A stretch of DNA of 64,000 nucleotides from Lophium mytilinum (lineage: Eukaryota): assembly GCA_010093605.1 (NCBI GenBank), contig MU004183.1:1984001-2048000 (forward strand), read 5' to 3'. The notes beneath the pieces were generated by a model. It did not search any database. It saw only the letters and a list, made by a program, of their open reading frames with translations, and had not been told where the DNA came from. Below, piece after piece: positions 22,792-34,676 of the stretch; position 1 is the first letter of the stretch, and the number at the start of each line of letters is the position of its first letter. A program made the position numbers and the translations under genes.

Positions 22792-25304
22792 CTACTTAAC
22801 AGCCCCCGGATACTGTGTAGCCTCCTTCAAACACTCCACAATCTGATCGATCAAGCTTCCAGTGCGGAGTGCATCATAGATGACGCTGATCCAACCCCCG
22901 ATAGTCTTCTTACTGTCGATATCTTGCGGTTTTTCCGATGGCTGCGGTGAAGTACCGGTCGGTTCAGCAACAGGAGTCGGATGGTCTATGACCCCTTTAT
23001 GCATTGGAACCTTCAATGCTCGACGGACGAAGACGTACATACGCCTTGAAGCCGCTCCGAGGTAGGGAGTCGCATCTGGATCATCAAAGTACCGAGCTCG
23101 CAAGGAACTGAACGCGTAATCAGCTTCTACTGTCGCTCGCATACGGAAGCTCTCAATTGCTTTAAGCACTTTCGCGTCTAGCTTTAGGACTTCCGAGTTT
23201 TCCATCGTGACTTCTTGGTATACCGTCAGAATGACGGTCTGGCTGCTGGTGATGATGCTCTTGAATCGATCGGAGAGGTCCATGATCGACGTTTTCATGA
23301 ACTCATGCGACACATGAGTCCATATGAGACCGACAAGCCGTTCTAGGATATGTTTGTCGAAAATGCCCTCGAACTGACTTCTAGTCAGCTCCTCCAAGTT
23401 GCGCTTCCAAGTTCCCGAGAATATGACGTGCATAGCTCTCAGGTCCAGGGCCTGACACAACACGTATAGGTAGGTAGCTGACATGAGTGACAGTAACTCG
23501 ACTGCAGTATGCGTGTACCGCGCGCTGACGAGCGCTAGGGAATTCAGCGCTTGATTGCCCATCTCAGTATTCTGTACGTGATTATGGACCGGATTCGCGA
23601 GAAATGAGAGCTCGGACATATAAGCAGCCATGCTAATATCTACTCCTTTCATTGTGAAACTCGTGCTTGGGTCATCTGCGCAAAGGCTGGGCGGAAGACC
23701 CCGGTTGGTGGCGGGGTTCAGTAACTCGGTACATTGCGCGAACAGCATACGGCCGATGGCTTGAGCAGCGATGCGAGACTTCTCTACGGCAGAGGTCACG
23801 GCAACAGCTTGGAAGTTGCCGCCATGGTAGATTGTGCCTCCCTGAGCGTCAATGAGAGGGTTGTCCGTAGTCGAATTACACTCGATGCTCAGCTGTTCGT
23901 GCGAAATCATGAGGTCCTCTAGGAATGGGCCAAGCCATTGAGGGACCGTTCGAACGGAGTAGCGGTCTTGGAAGAGCCCGGTAGCAGCGTCAGGAGAACT
24001 ACCAGCCACTCCACTAACTAATTTCGAACCACGCAGCATAGCGAGAATGTTGCCTGCGACTTCCTTTTGGCCACGGTGAGGCCTCACATCTGATATGAAG
24101 GGAAAGAAGGACTCTGCGGCCCCAAGTATAGCTTCGACACCCATCGCAGCTAGAACCTGACCGAACGCAAGAAGGTTATTGAGGTCATGTAAGGCCAGCG
24201 ATGCAACTGCCGCAGATACTGCTGTACCATTCACCAATGCTAGAGCTTCTTTGGGCCTGAAAGATGTTGGTGTGATGCCTATCTTTTTCAAGATTTGCGA
24301 CGCGGGCATAGGGAGACGTTGCTTGCCTGAACCTTCGCCTGTCTCGCTCCAGATGTAGATCCCAGGATTGCCTTCCAGAGCTCCGGCTAAGTAGGACAGC
24401 GGACTAAGATCTCCTGACGCTGATATGCTACCTCGGAGGGGCACTAGCGGGATGCAATTGAGTTCCAGGAGCTTCAAGAGATGCTCAATGATCTGTGGTC
24501 GGACTGCTGAATGGCCTCTCGATAGACTGTTGCAACGCACGAGCATTGTGGCGCGGACCCATGGCTCCGGGAGTGCAAGAGACGCAAAGACATCGGACTG
24601 TAGGGCAGAATTGAATACTGAAGCTTGGCTGGTGCTAGAGACGGGGTTGCTGCTAGGAAGGACTCCGCAATGTTGATGCTGTAGTAATGCGCGTTGCAAT
24701 TCACCGTGGTCTGTTGTTCGTACATCCGCACTACCGCCGAAGCCGGTATTGATACCTGAACAGTCGTGAGCAGGTTGCAGCAGTATCTCAAGAAAGATAT
24801 AAACGAACCGTATACTGTGTGACCTTCCTTTAGGTAGTTGTCGAGAAATTGCACACTGTCATCAATGCGGGCTCTAACCGCTGGATGAGGATCCAGGGTA
24901 CCAGAAATTCCATATCTGTCGTTTTTGTCAGCTCCAATTCAAGCTTAGACGTTTAAGGCCTCGTCATAGGATTGCGTTTTCCGCCCCTGCCAGCGGTGCT
25001 CTAACGTCTCTTTATGAGGCCAATCGGAAGCAACCCTTGTCTTGCTGAACAGATTGTAACCTCGCTAAAGCCCCACCAGCAGCGGCAGAAGATATGGGGA
25101 TAATAGATACCTAGATGCGGCAACGATGCTAGCTATGTCCAGCGACGATCCGTCGACGACGATTGGGTTGCGGCCTTGAATCCTCGTTCGTAGATTTTCC
25201 CACTCGGAAATCACAATGCTTGAATGGCCGTTTCCATGACACGGTGACAGTTCCTCGGTGCTTCCAGAATTGATCCCGGAGCGAATAGAGACCGGTGTGT
25301 CCAT
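22792..25304 (-). CDS. PAL: Phenylalanine/tyrosine ammonia-lyase (MIO-dependent aromatic amino acid lyase; introns 25110-24916 and 24808-24756)
   Basis: YGINTGFGGSADVRT, RCNSLSRGHSAVR, the MIO tripeptide in SISASGDLSPLSY, KEALALVNGT, QDRYSVRT.PQW, NSTTDNPLID, HGGNFQ and EMGNQALNSLAL. Confidence 0.95.
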
Positions 25305-25829
25305 TTTCGAAGGTGGATGTATTTCTTGAAAGACGTTGAGGTACCCACCAAAATATAATCGGGCCGGTGGGGGTCAATGCGCAGATCCGATAAGCGCATC
25401 CCCCAGATTTCATTTTCCCGGAACGGCAGGACGGTGAATTTACCTCCCGAAGATGCTGTCCCACCTCATATTGGATCTAGGGAAGCGCTTAGGAATTACG
25501 ACTTGTTACTACAACCAAGGGAGTCACCTAATAACCTTCATAAAGAAAAAGCCGCAGATCACTCAGTAAGGATATTGGAAAGACAAGAGATGTGGTGAGA
25601 TCTGCAGAACTTGAGAGACGGAAGGCATGTCGAACGTTCGACACGCGTACTACGGTGGAATTGTACACCAAAACCCTCGAAACACACCTAAGAATATCTT
25701 AGGTCTGTTCTGCACCAACCAGCCTAATCTAGCGCTCTAAACTTATTTTGGATAACGCTAGTGAACGCCCTGCCATGCAAACCCTATTTCTCATGCAAAG
25801 AGTATCATAAAATCGTCCGTTGTAGCCCA

Positions 25830-27464
25830 TTACTTCTTTCTTCCTCCCTTACCAACCTTATCCGGGGGAGCGGCGTGGCCGAAATCCTTGACATGCTGAA
25901 ACATTCGGGTCCTTGACGAAAAGCCGACATTGCAGACTGCGCACTTGAATTGAAGATCGGATTGATCGATTGCAGCTTGCTGAGCTGCCTTCTTTGCCCG
26001 TTTCTGTGCTGCTTTTCCAAGCTTCGGCTGTGAAGACTCCTTGAGAGGGTCTGTCTTCAGGGGATCTACGCTCTCCTCGCCTCCAAGGCGATCCTCAATC
26101 TCAGAACGGGAAGCGTACTCATCGTCCTCGTCATCCGATGATTCTGTGGGTGGCGTGAAGCTGGGTGCAACCTTTTGGTTCCTTTGCTGATTGTTTTGAG
26201 TTGCCTCTGGGCCTTCATCATCAATGTCCAGCTCGCTTAACTCTTCCGCGACTTCTTCAGCGTCGTCCTTTTCAACTGTGACCACTTTGTCGGCGCCGTC
26301 CATAAAAGTTGGCGTATCCGTCCCGCTACTAGGTGTATCATTGTTGAGGTTTAGATGTCGATTGTCTTTTTGCATTTGCCGTTTCAGAGCTTGGACTGCC
26401 TTTTGGTGTTTTTTGCTCTTCTCGTGGGCATCATATTGCCGCTCACTTTTGAATGTCTTGTAGCAGGCCACACACTCGTACTGTTCCTCCTCACTTTCCT
26501 CCTCGCTTTCTTCCTCTTCATCTTCAGCGGCGCGGCTCGTCGCCCAATCTGGCACTTGACCTTGAACCTTGGCCGCATTGGCAGCTTTCTGACGGGCAGC
26601 TTGGGCGCGTGCCGCGTCACGAAGACTCTTCTCACGTTCCTCGACAGTCTGCGTGTGGGGGGTATACCTTGGGTCGCGCTTTCGAACGAACGCCACTAGG
26701 GTCCTAATTGCGTCGTTGAAGTCACGTATCCCTGCATCCCGCAACCGTTTGTTCTCTTTCTCCATTGCCCTCCTCACTCGTCGGTCTGGAGCCTCCGAGT
26801 AGCGATAGAGGTCCACCCATGCAAAACTCTTCTTAGTCGAGAAGCTGGCCCATGTAGCGTAGAATGGCTGGACCACATCCTCGTACGAGTCGTCCTTGTG
26901 GCCGAACGAAGGATAGTCCAGCACATCTGTACCCTCCCAGTTCGCAGCCGCCTCCTCTTCTCGTGCCAAAGTAGCAAATGTATCTCTAAGAAAGCCGAAA
27001 AATCCGGAAGGGGCATCGGAGAAGTCTATTCCGCCGTGAAACTTCCTGAGCATACGGGCAATGTCTTCCGAGGTCGTGACGCGCATGTCATGTTCGAAGT
27101 GTGCCTCTCCACCAGCGTCCCCTCCTCGCAATATGTCTCGCTCGTGGGCGTCATACCAGGCACGTTCGTTCTTGTCGGAGAGGATGTCGTAGGCGACCTG
27201 GACTTCAGCGAAGAGTGCTGTGGTGCGCTCCACGTCGTCATAGTTCCGATCGGGGTGCAGCTCGAGGGCCTTTTTGCGGTATGCCTTCTTGATCCTATCG
27301 CACAGTATCAGTCACTGGTGTTGCATCAATATTCTGCGGACATACTCTTCGTCGGTCGCGGCTCGTTCTATGCCGAGCAGTTCGTAGTAGCTGACTTTCA
27401 GCTCACCAGCAGCGGGCGAGGCGGTGCCAGCGCGGCCAGATCCAGAAGACTGATTCGCGCCCAT
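25830..27464 (-). CDS. JJJ1: J-domain/C2H2 zinc-finger co-chaperone (Jjj1/DNAJC21)
   Basis: J-domain SYYELLGI...KKAYRKKALELHPDRN...AYDILSD..ERAWYDAH, then RRAMEKENKRLRD and AFVRKRDPR. Two C2H2 fingers (CVACYKTFKSE...HEKSKKH; CAVCNVGFSSRTRMFQH). One intron near 27345-27294. Confidence 0.92.
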
Positions 27465-28125
27465 GTTCGCAGTCGGGGATCGGCCGCAAGAGACATTTGC
27501 AGGGTGTGATGACGCAGAAGTTGTGGGGAGTGAAAAAGGCCAAGGGTCTTTCACGTGCCTGACACGGTGGGGGTCTAAATCGGGAGCCCCTCCACAGCAT
27601 CAGGATCTAGGCCTAATTCAGCCAATAAAAAAAAGACAGCTTCTGCGCAGAACGGAGCATTATCGAGACAGCCCTAACAGTGCTAAATATGTGAATAACC
27701 GATTTTACAGCGTTTCTTGCTCAGCTGCATATACTTCAGCTTTACGCCTACAAGAATAAAGAATGTATATCAGTCTTTCGGGCCTAGTCCCCCGCAAGGT
27801 AGCCATTCCCGCGGCGAAAATGGCGAAATGGCGAACACTGATTGGCGTTGCCCGTGGCCATCTCGACCGCGGCATCGTGACTTGCAAACCCTCAACCGCC
27901 ACTGCTCTTCTGCCCCTAGCGCTTGCTAACTTTCCACGCTCTACCATCTCCTACCTAGGTACCTTACGCTCGCTGGTTTGCCATGGCTTTTAGCTACACA
28001 CCAGCTATTGTCAACCTCTCAGTACCATTCACCGCACTCGTTCATACCAAATATCAATCCATATCCCTGCTGCGTGGCGACGGGCCAGTCAACAGTCCAT
28101 ATTGCTCCACGTGCGCCGTTTCAAG

Positions 28126-29825
28126 ATGAAATTCGGCCACCAACTCAAACAGATACTCCAGGAAGAGGGCTTTCCGCCTGCCTGGGTCGATCATGCTATA
28201 GGATACCAGCAGCTCAAAAAGTGCCTCCACAGGCTGGAAAGGGAGCTCTCCAGTTTCGGCCTTACACCTGAAACCTTGAAACAGCTCCTCCAGGAAGTCG
28301 AGCATCACAACACACGTACCGAGTCCGAGCTCGCCAGCCGGACAGAAGCCCTCGCTAAGGAAGAGCAAATCGAAAGGCCATTTGAATATATCCTCACTCC
28401 TGAGGCAAGAGCGGAGCAAGATCTACAGGATGCGGCTAACAGTGATGTGAAGGGGCCCATGAATGTGTTCCATCCAAAGCTGCTTTTCACTGTCGATGCC
28501 GTCACGGGGGAACCTCTGAGTGCCAACCTATCGCCCGAGACCAAGTCTAAACTGCACCAACTCGCCTTGGAGAACGCTATCACCAAAGTCCGCATAACTG
28601 AAGTTACCGAGCTTGATGAAGTAGCTGCACGAGATCTTTCGGCCGCCTCTAGTGGCGAGGAACCAACCTACGATCAAACGGAGACCTCTGATGGAGATCC
28701 TCAGCAAAGCTCCTCAACTGGAACAACCTCATCTCCGAGGGAAGTGCGGATGATTGAAGTGCCACTGACCTCGGACTCTGAGTTCTTCTCCATACTCACC
28801 AGCCAGCTCTCTGGGATTGCGGAGTTGCAGTCCAAAGAAGAGAAGAGGCTTCATACCATCATAATTGAGATTAGCCACTTGATCACGAAGGTCATCGAAG
28901 CTGATCCGGGCAAGAAACGAGATATCAGGGACGTCGTACGATGGAGAAAGATTCTAAACTACTATACCGATTGCAACGTCTTCTTCGAGACCAAACCGAG
29001 CATGCGAGTGGTAGCACACACCGCTGTCGAAGCCGAGAAGCAGCTGCTGGAGTTCACCAAGATGCTCGATATAGAGAAGCTTGTCAATTTCAAAAACAAA
29101 AACAGTCAAACCGCCGTGAATAAGTTCTTGCAGCTCAATCAAGACCTACTACAGACCCTCAGATTCCAAGAAGTCAACAACACTGCGATGTATAAGATCT
29201 TAAAGAGTGAGCCTCACTAGTCCAGACAGATACTTGCTTCCTATCTCTTCTTGAACGCTAAACACATCCCACAGAATTCGACAAACGCACTGCCCTCGGC
29301 ATAAAATCCACCTTTCCAAATAAGGTCCACATACCAGTTTTCACAGACGCTGTCGCAAAGGCAGTCTGCTACCAAGTCAACAAAGACGTAGTAGAGACCG
29401 TACCCCGACTCAACGACTACACCTGTTCCATCTGCAGCGACATCCAATGGCGGCCCGTCCGCTTACCATGCGATCACGTAAGGCCTCTCTACTACCTCAA
29501 ACCCCGGAACCCCTCCAGTGCTGACTACCGCCGCTACTTCCAGGTCTTCTGCATCAGATGTATGATCGTCATGCAACAGGGTAAGCAGAGCAGATGTCCC
29601 TTGTGCCGGACAGACGGGATCCTGACTTTACATGACTGTATGTTTTTCGTCCAAGCTGCCCATATTTCAGCACTAACAGATCCAGCCCATCTCGACAACG
29701 ACCTGAGAAAGTTCCTGCAGAAGTGGTTCCCCGACGAGGTCAAGCGGAAGCAGAAAGAGAATGAGATCATGGCCGGCGTCGACCAGTACGGCGAGGTATA
29801 TAGAACGAAGTGCGTTGTCATGTAG
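28126..29825 (+). CDS. SPX-domain RING-type E3 ligase-like protein (3 introns)
   Basis: SPX start MKFGHQL...AIGYQQLKKCL and SPX end EVNNTAMYKILKKFDKRT, then RING DYTCSICSDIQWRPVRLPCDHVFCIRCMI...CPLCR. Confidence 0.88.
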
Positions 29826-30326
29826 TGTACTCGACTCCTTTGCTACTGGTACTTTCATTTTTGGCCCCAGGAGTTACTGGTGGGTCTTGGCAATGCATTA
29901 ACATGGGGAGATACAATACCATTGGGAGCATCGCTCTGCTGCTAGATTTATGGGAAGAGGGCCGCTATTAATTCTCTGGTCTGGTGCAAAACGCCCGGGG
30001 ATCAGTGTGGATAGCCGATGCAAGTAGTAATGTCTAATTTCGCGCCCAGTGGATGTCACATACCTTAGAGTCGTCTCGTTGAAGCAACAGTACATTTCAT
30101 ACCTTATTTCGCCTCCTGAGAGGCCATTCTCCGACCGATGAAGACACGACATAAATTACACTAATCTTGATGGTCGCCTAGACACAACAAGATGCAAGAA
30201 CCCGAAAACCCTCCTGATCCGTACAGTGGAGAAAGCAACCCCGGATTGGGACACGATAACGCCTCAAACACCTACCATTCCTTTCCCAGTGCTCACAAAC
30301 CAGGCCAGACTTGAGGTTCCTCTTGC

Positions 30327-32215
30327 TTAATACCCATTGTACGGGCTATCTTCATAGCTCGCATGGCCGAAGCTCTTATCCGCAACGTCGTCCAAGCTCT
30401 TATACTGCGACGCTCCGTTCCGCCCACGTCCCCTGCCGCCTCCACCTCCGCCACCACCCCTCCCATGACCGCCTCCTCTTCCACCTCCGCCCCCGCCTCT
30501 ACCACCATAGCCCGGCCCACCCCTCTGCGAACCACGTCCGCGATTCTGATTCCCGCCGCGATAATTCGCTGAGGCACCGCCCTGTCTCCTATCTCCCTCC
30601 CGCCGATCATTCCGTTCCCTCGGCTGCCACTCCCGCTCGCGGCCCTGGCCCTCCGCCGCGCCGGACTCCTCATCGCGTGGATGTAGCCGCTTGGTCTTGC
30701 TCGGGAAATAGCTCTCCCACTCGCTCTCGTCACGCATCTCCGCCTCAACACGCAGTAGCACCTTCTCGCCCACCACGCTCTCGAACTCGAACGCCTTGTC
30801 GTCCGAGACGGGCTGCCAGTTCTGGATCCTGACCGCATCGGCGGGCTTCGCGCCACGGCGGAGGGCGAGCACGACGGTTGGCGTTGGGTTCTCGGAGTAG
30901 TATTTCTGAGTGGACGGGACGGGTTCGACACGTGCGGCCCAGAGGCGGTTCTCGAAGACGGAGATGCCGGTGACGCGCCAGAAGACTTTGTTTCCGATGC
31001 CGCCGACTTTGTTGAGGATACTTGGGGGGCAGGGCTTGGGGGTGATGAGGATGCTGTTGGCAAGGAAGCGGACTTCGCCTTCCGGCATGTTAGGAGGCAG
31101 GTTGACGAGGGTAGTGAGTTTGTCGGTCATGGCGGGTGGGATCATGTAGCCGGTGTAGAAGACCGTGCGCTTGATCATAAGGGGGTGGGCGCCGTGGGGG
31201 CCGTTGCCTGCGCGGACGATTAGGTTGTGCGAGTTGATCATCTTTTGGACTTCGGCAACTTCGGCGACGGGGTCGAGGCTTGTGGCGTTCTCGGGCACTT
31301 GAATTACTTCTGCTGTTATGGGCTTGCGCGGGATAGGGCCTTCTCCTGATCGTAGGGCCTTGTTGAAGCCGAAGAAGAAGTCGCGGAATCCTTTTGTACT
31401 GCAGAGGATGTTAGCAAGTAGCGTACGGAAGCTGTTCTGGGGAAATATTACTGCTTCGGCCGGTCTTCGTATATTCGAATCTCGTCTGCATCTTTGTAGG
31501 TGTACACAATGTCACTCAGCAAGGCTTGCTTGAATTGCATAGTGCTCGAGAACCTCTGGTTAGCCGGACCTACAGATGGCTTCAGGCAGACCATGTCGAA
31601 ATCTAGTTTCTTACTTCGGACCATACGCTTGATCAACTCGCTAAAGCCGTTCTCAGACCTGCCGGTGAGTAAAACGCAGAGCGCATCTTTCTGCTGTAGA
31701 GTAAGTTCGACCAGATTGACCTGGCAGATGTTAGTCGCATTTTCTATGTCGAGCTCCGATTCCTCAACGTACAATCTGTTCGTTCCACCAGCCTTCCCAT
31801 GCTCTTGCTTCCTCCTTGTCGGCGCCTTGGCCAGTCGAAGCCAGTATCGAAGCGTCATGCCACCATCCTCCATTCACGAAGATGTCCGGGGATCCTAGCT
31901 GTCCAATCGTAGGGCCGTTCCAGAGCGACTTGTTGGGCAACGGGCTTGCGAATACTACATACATAGTATCAGCACTTGACACATGCGTCGGAGGTCGAAA
32001 AGGGCATACGGGTATTGTCGAAATCATAGACGTGAACAGCCTTGATCTGTGATACATCTGTGGATAGTTAGCAGGCTGATATAGAAGATTCATCCAGAGT
32101 ACACACTCGGTAAGTCCTTATCATCACATGACCACCGCTTCAGTGCAGTGACCGTGTGGGTGACGCTTTTTCCGTTGCTCATGCCGTTTGGCGCGCCATG
32201 GGATGCTGCGAGCAT
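30327..32215 (-). CDS. HAD-superfamily 'Swiss Army Knife RNA repair-like' domain protein with RGG-rich C-terminus (several introns)
   Basis: HVYDFDNT.FASPLPN (DxD HAD motif I), GGWWHD, GWWNE, VLLTGR and EIRIYEDRPK, ending in a C-terminal RGG/GGRG tract. Confidence 0.78.
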
Positions 32216-32458
32216 TCTCAGTGAACGAGAGGTAGTCCGAGGACGGGTAATGACGGGGAGGTATCCAGTAAGTTTAGCAAGCATGCAACAGCGCGACGAA
32301 GTACTACAGGGAACTAGTTGTACTCGTCATGTCGGGGGGAGTTGAAGACAAGATGGAAGTCGCAGACGAGGTTGGAGGTTTAGTTTGCGATTCGCGAAAG
32401 ACCGTGCACTCCACACTCCGCTAACACCCTTGTATCTTTCGCCGCATCACCCACGCGG

Positions 32459-32884
32459 GGCATAAAAAAGGTGGCACTCTATTCTACAGGTGTGTGCCAC
32501 TGCTTGGAGTTCTTCAATGTATTTTCGGAATTTCAAACCGGATAGAAAATCTTCCTTTTGGGGTCTGTGGAAATTTATTGCGGCACTTCAAACAGTGGTA
32601 AACAGGTGCATCTAAAAAGGCAGCGTGGTAAAGCAGTAATGATAGAGTGGCAGTCTACAGTATAAATCTATATAGTATACACGCTCTCTCCATTTCCTAT
32701 ATACGCTCTCTCCATTTCCTATATACGCTCTCTCTCCTTTTTCTATATACGCTTGTTGAGCACTGCTTGAGGCCCTCCAGTATGCTATTGCTATTCACAA
32801 AAAACCAGCTCTGGCAAGCCTGATAGCTCTTTGGGCCACCTCAGACAGTATTGAACTGCTGTAGTGTGCCACTTCTTTCATGCC
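32459..32884. mobile_element. Putative non-autonomous TIR element (MITE-like, ~426 bp)
   Basis: Left end GGCATAAAAAAGGTGGCACTCTA versus the reverse complement of the right end GGCATGAAAGAAGTGGCACACTA (19/23 identical). The interior is AT-richer and non-coding. Confidence 0.6.
32677..32753. repeat. ~22-bp tandem repeat (TATATACGCTCTCTCCATTTCC, ~3.5 copies)
   Basis: Directly visible: tatacacgctctctccatttcc tatatacgctctctccatttcc tatatacgctctctctcctttttc tatatacgct. Confidence 0.85.
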
Positions 32885-32957
32885 TAGCGCGTCCGCTAAC
32901 ACCCTTGTATCTTTTCGCCGCACCACCTCCGCCTTGAGCTCCTACTACAACCAGCAC

Positions 32958-34039
32958 ATGGAGAACACTGCGAAGTCGACGACCGAGGAACCACACCTAC
33001 TAGCGCCAGTTCCTGCTGTTCCAAGAACGGATGACAACCTAGAGACTTGTGTTATCTGTCTTTCCACTATATCGGAGAGAGCTATCATTGTTAATTGTAA
33101 CCACTACAGCTTCGACTTCATTTGCCTCGTTAGCTGGCTTCAAGAACGATCAGCTTGTCCGCTATGTATACTTAGTAGCAGTTCTCGCCCGCCCTCCCAC
33201 AACACTAACAGCTTCAAGGCAACACCGACGTCACCGAAGTCCAATATGCATTCTCTTCGCCAACCGACTATAAATCCTATGCCATCCAGTCTACTCAGAC
33301 CGTTCCTAAGCCTCATGGCGCCGCTACGACTCCCTCGCAGAACCCTCGCGGCCGACCACACTCCTCCAGACCCTTCCGTCGACGCTACGAAACCCCCCCA
33401 AGCCCCTCCACCGCCCTCCTAAAACGCCGCCACATCTACAAACACTCCCTCTACTCCCTCCACGTCGGCAGCAACCGCATCTCACGCTATCAAACCCTCA
33501 CCCCCGCCCTCATAACCAGCTCCCCCGACCTCCAATCCCGCGCCCGCACCTGGATCCGGCGCGAACTGCGCGTCTTCTCATACCTAAACCCGGACCCAGC
33601 GCCAGAAGAACCACCAGCACAACCCGAAAGTAGCAGTAGCAGTAGCAGCAACACGACCCCCAGCGCCCGCCGCGCCTCAAACGCCGAGTTCCTCCTCTCC
33701 TACATCCTGGCGATCCTCCGGTCCGTCGACCTCAAAGCCCCCTCCGGGCAGGCCGAGGACATGCTCGCCGAGTTCCTGGGCCGGCCGCACGCGCGGCTGT
33801 TCCTGCATGAGCTAGGCGCTTGGCTGCGCAGCCCGTACACGCGGCTCGAGGACTGGGATCGGAATGTGCAGTATGCGGAGCCGCTGCCGGAGCGGTTTGA
33901 CGAGCACGGGGTTGCGATTGGGCATGTGCGGCAGAGGGGGAAGAGAGGGACGCCGGTGGAGAGGAGTAGGTCGCCACGGCGGGAGGAGAGGGCGGCGTGG
34001 CGGGAGCGGGCCGCTGTGAGGCGGTATGCGCCGGATTGA
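32958..34039 (+). CDS. RING-finger (C3HC4) E3 ligase-like protein, Topors-like fungal family (1 intron)
   Basis: TCVICL...CNHYSFDFICLVSWLQERSACPLC. After the intron (~33166-33218): RRHIY..SLYSLHVGSNRISRY...WIRRELRVF...LFLHELGAWLRSPY..LEDWD..VQY. Confidence 0.82.
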
Positions 34040-34676
34040 GAGACCAGGAGATTCGATATGATATGAAGAAAGTGGCTGCTCTGAGGGAGCAGTTGCGGGC
34101 CCAGGGCGGCTATGAAAGACTGCGATGCAGTAGTAGAAGACCCGCTGCATCAAGCGCGTTGCTTGTCCATCTACAAGAGCGTATCTCAAGCGCTGGTGTA
34201 CAAGCAGCAACACAGCTAGAAGACTCGGAACTACCGCGATCTCACAGACAGTAGACGTCTAGGCCTTCAAATGAGACAGAAGCTAGGAGCTTTAACCAGC
34301 TTTACTTGTCTACTCAGCAGTGTTCTCGAAAAGACATGCGTTGTCGTCGCAATCAGTCACTAATAAAACCATAGACAAGGCGTTTAGCTCGGTATATATA
34401 CCCCCAGCAAATCACACCATAGAAATTAGATAGAGGCAATCCTCATTCCAGCTTATGCAGCATAGTGTAGCTATTCTCAAAGATTGACTGAAACCCAATC
34501 CGTGAATCGACTCTCTGTATCTGCTCATTGCTCATCAAAGCCAGTTGCCTTCCTGCATCAAAAGGCAAAGCAATCAAAGCCGCCTCAACGCCATCCACTC
34601 ATTCCTAAATTGAACGCCACGCAGTCGGCATTCCACGACCTCGATCAATTATTTCTGAGGCTTGCTCTTTTAGACC

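Noticed and set aside
15606..25304. Secondary-metabolite gene cluster around PAL
   Set aside because: No backbone synthase, tailoring oxidase or cluster transcription factor is present in the window.
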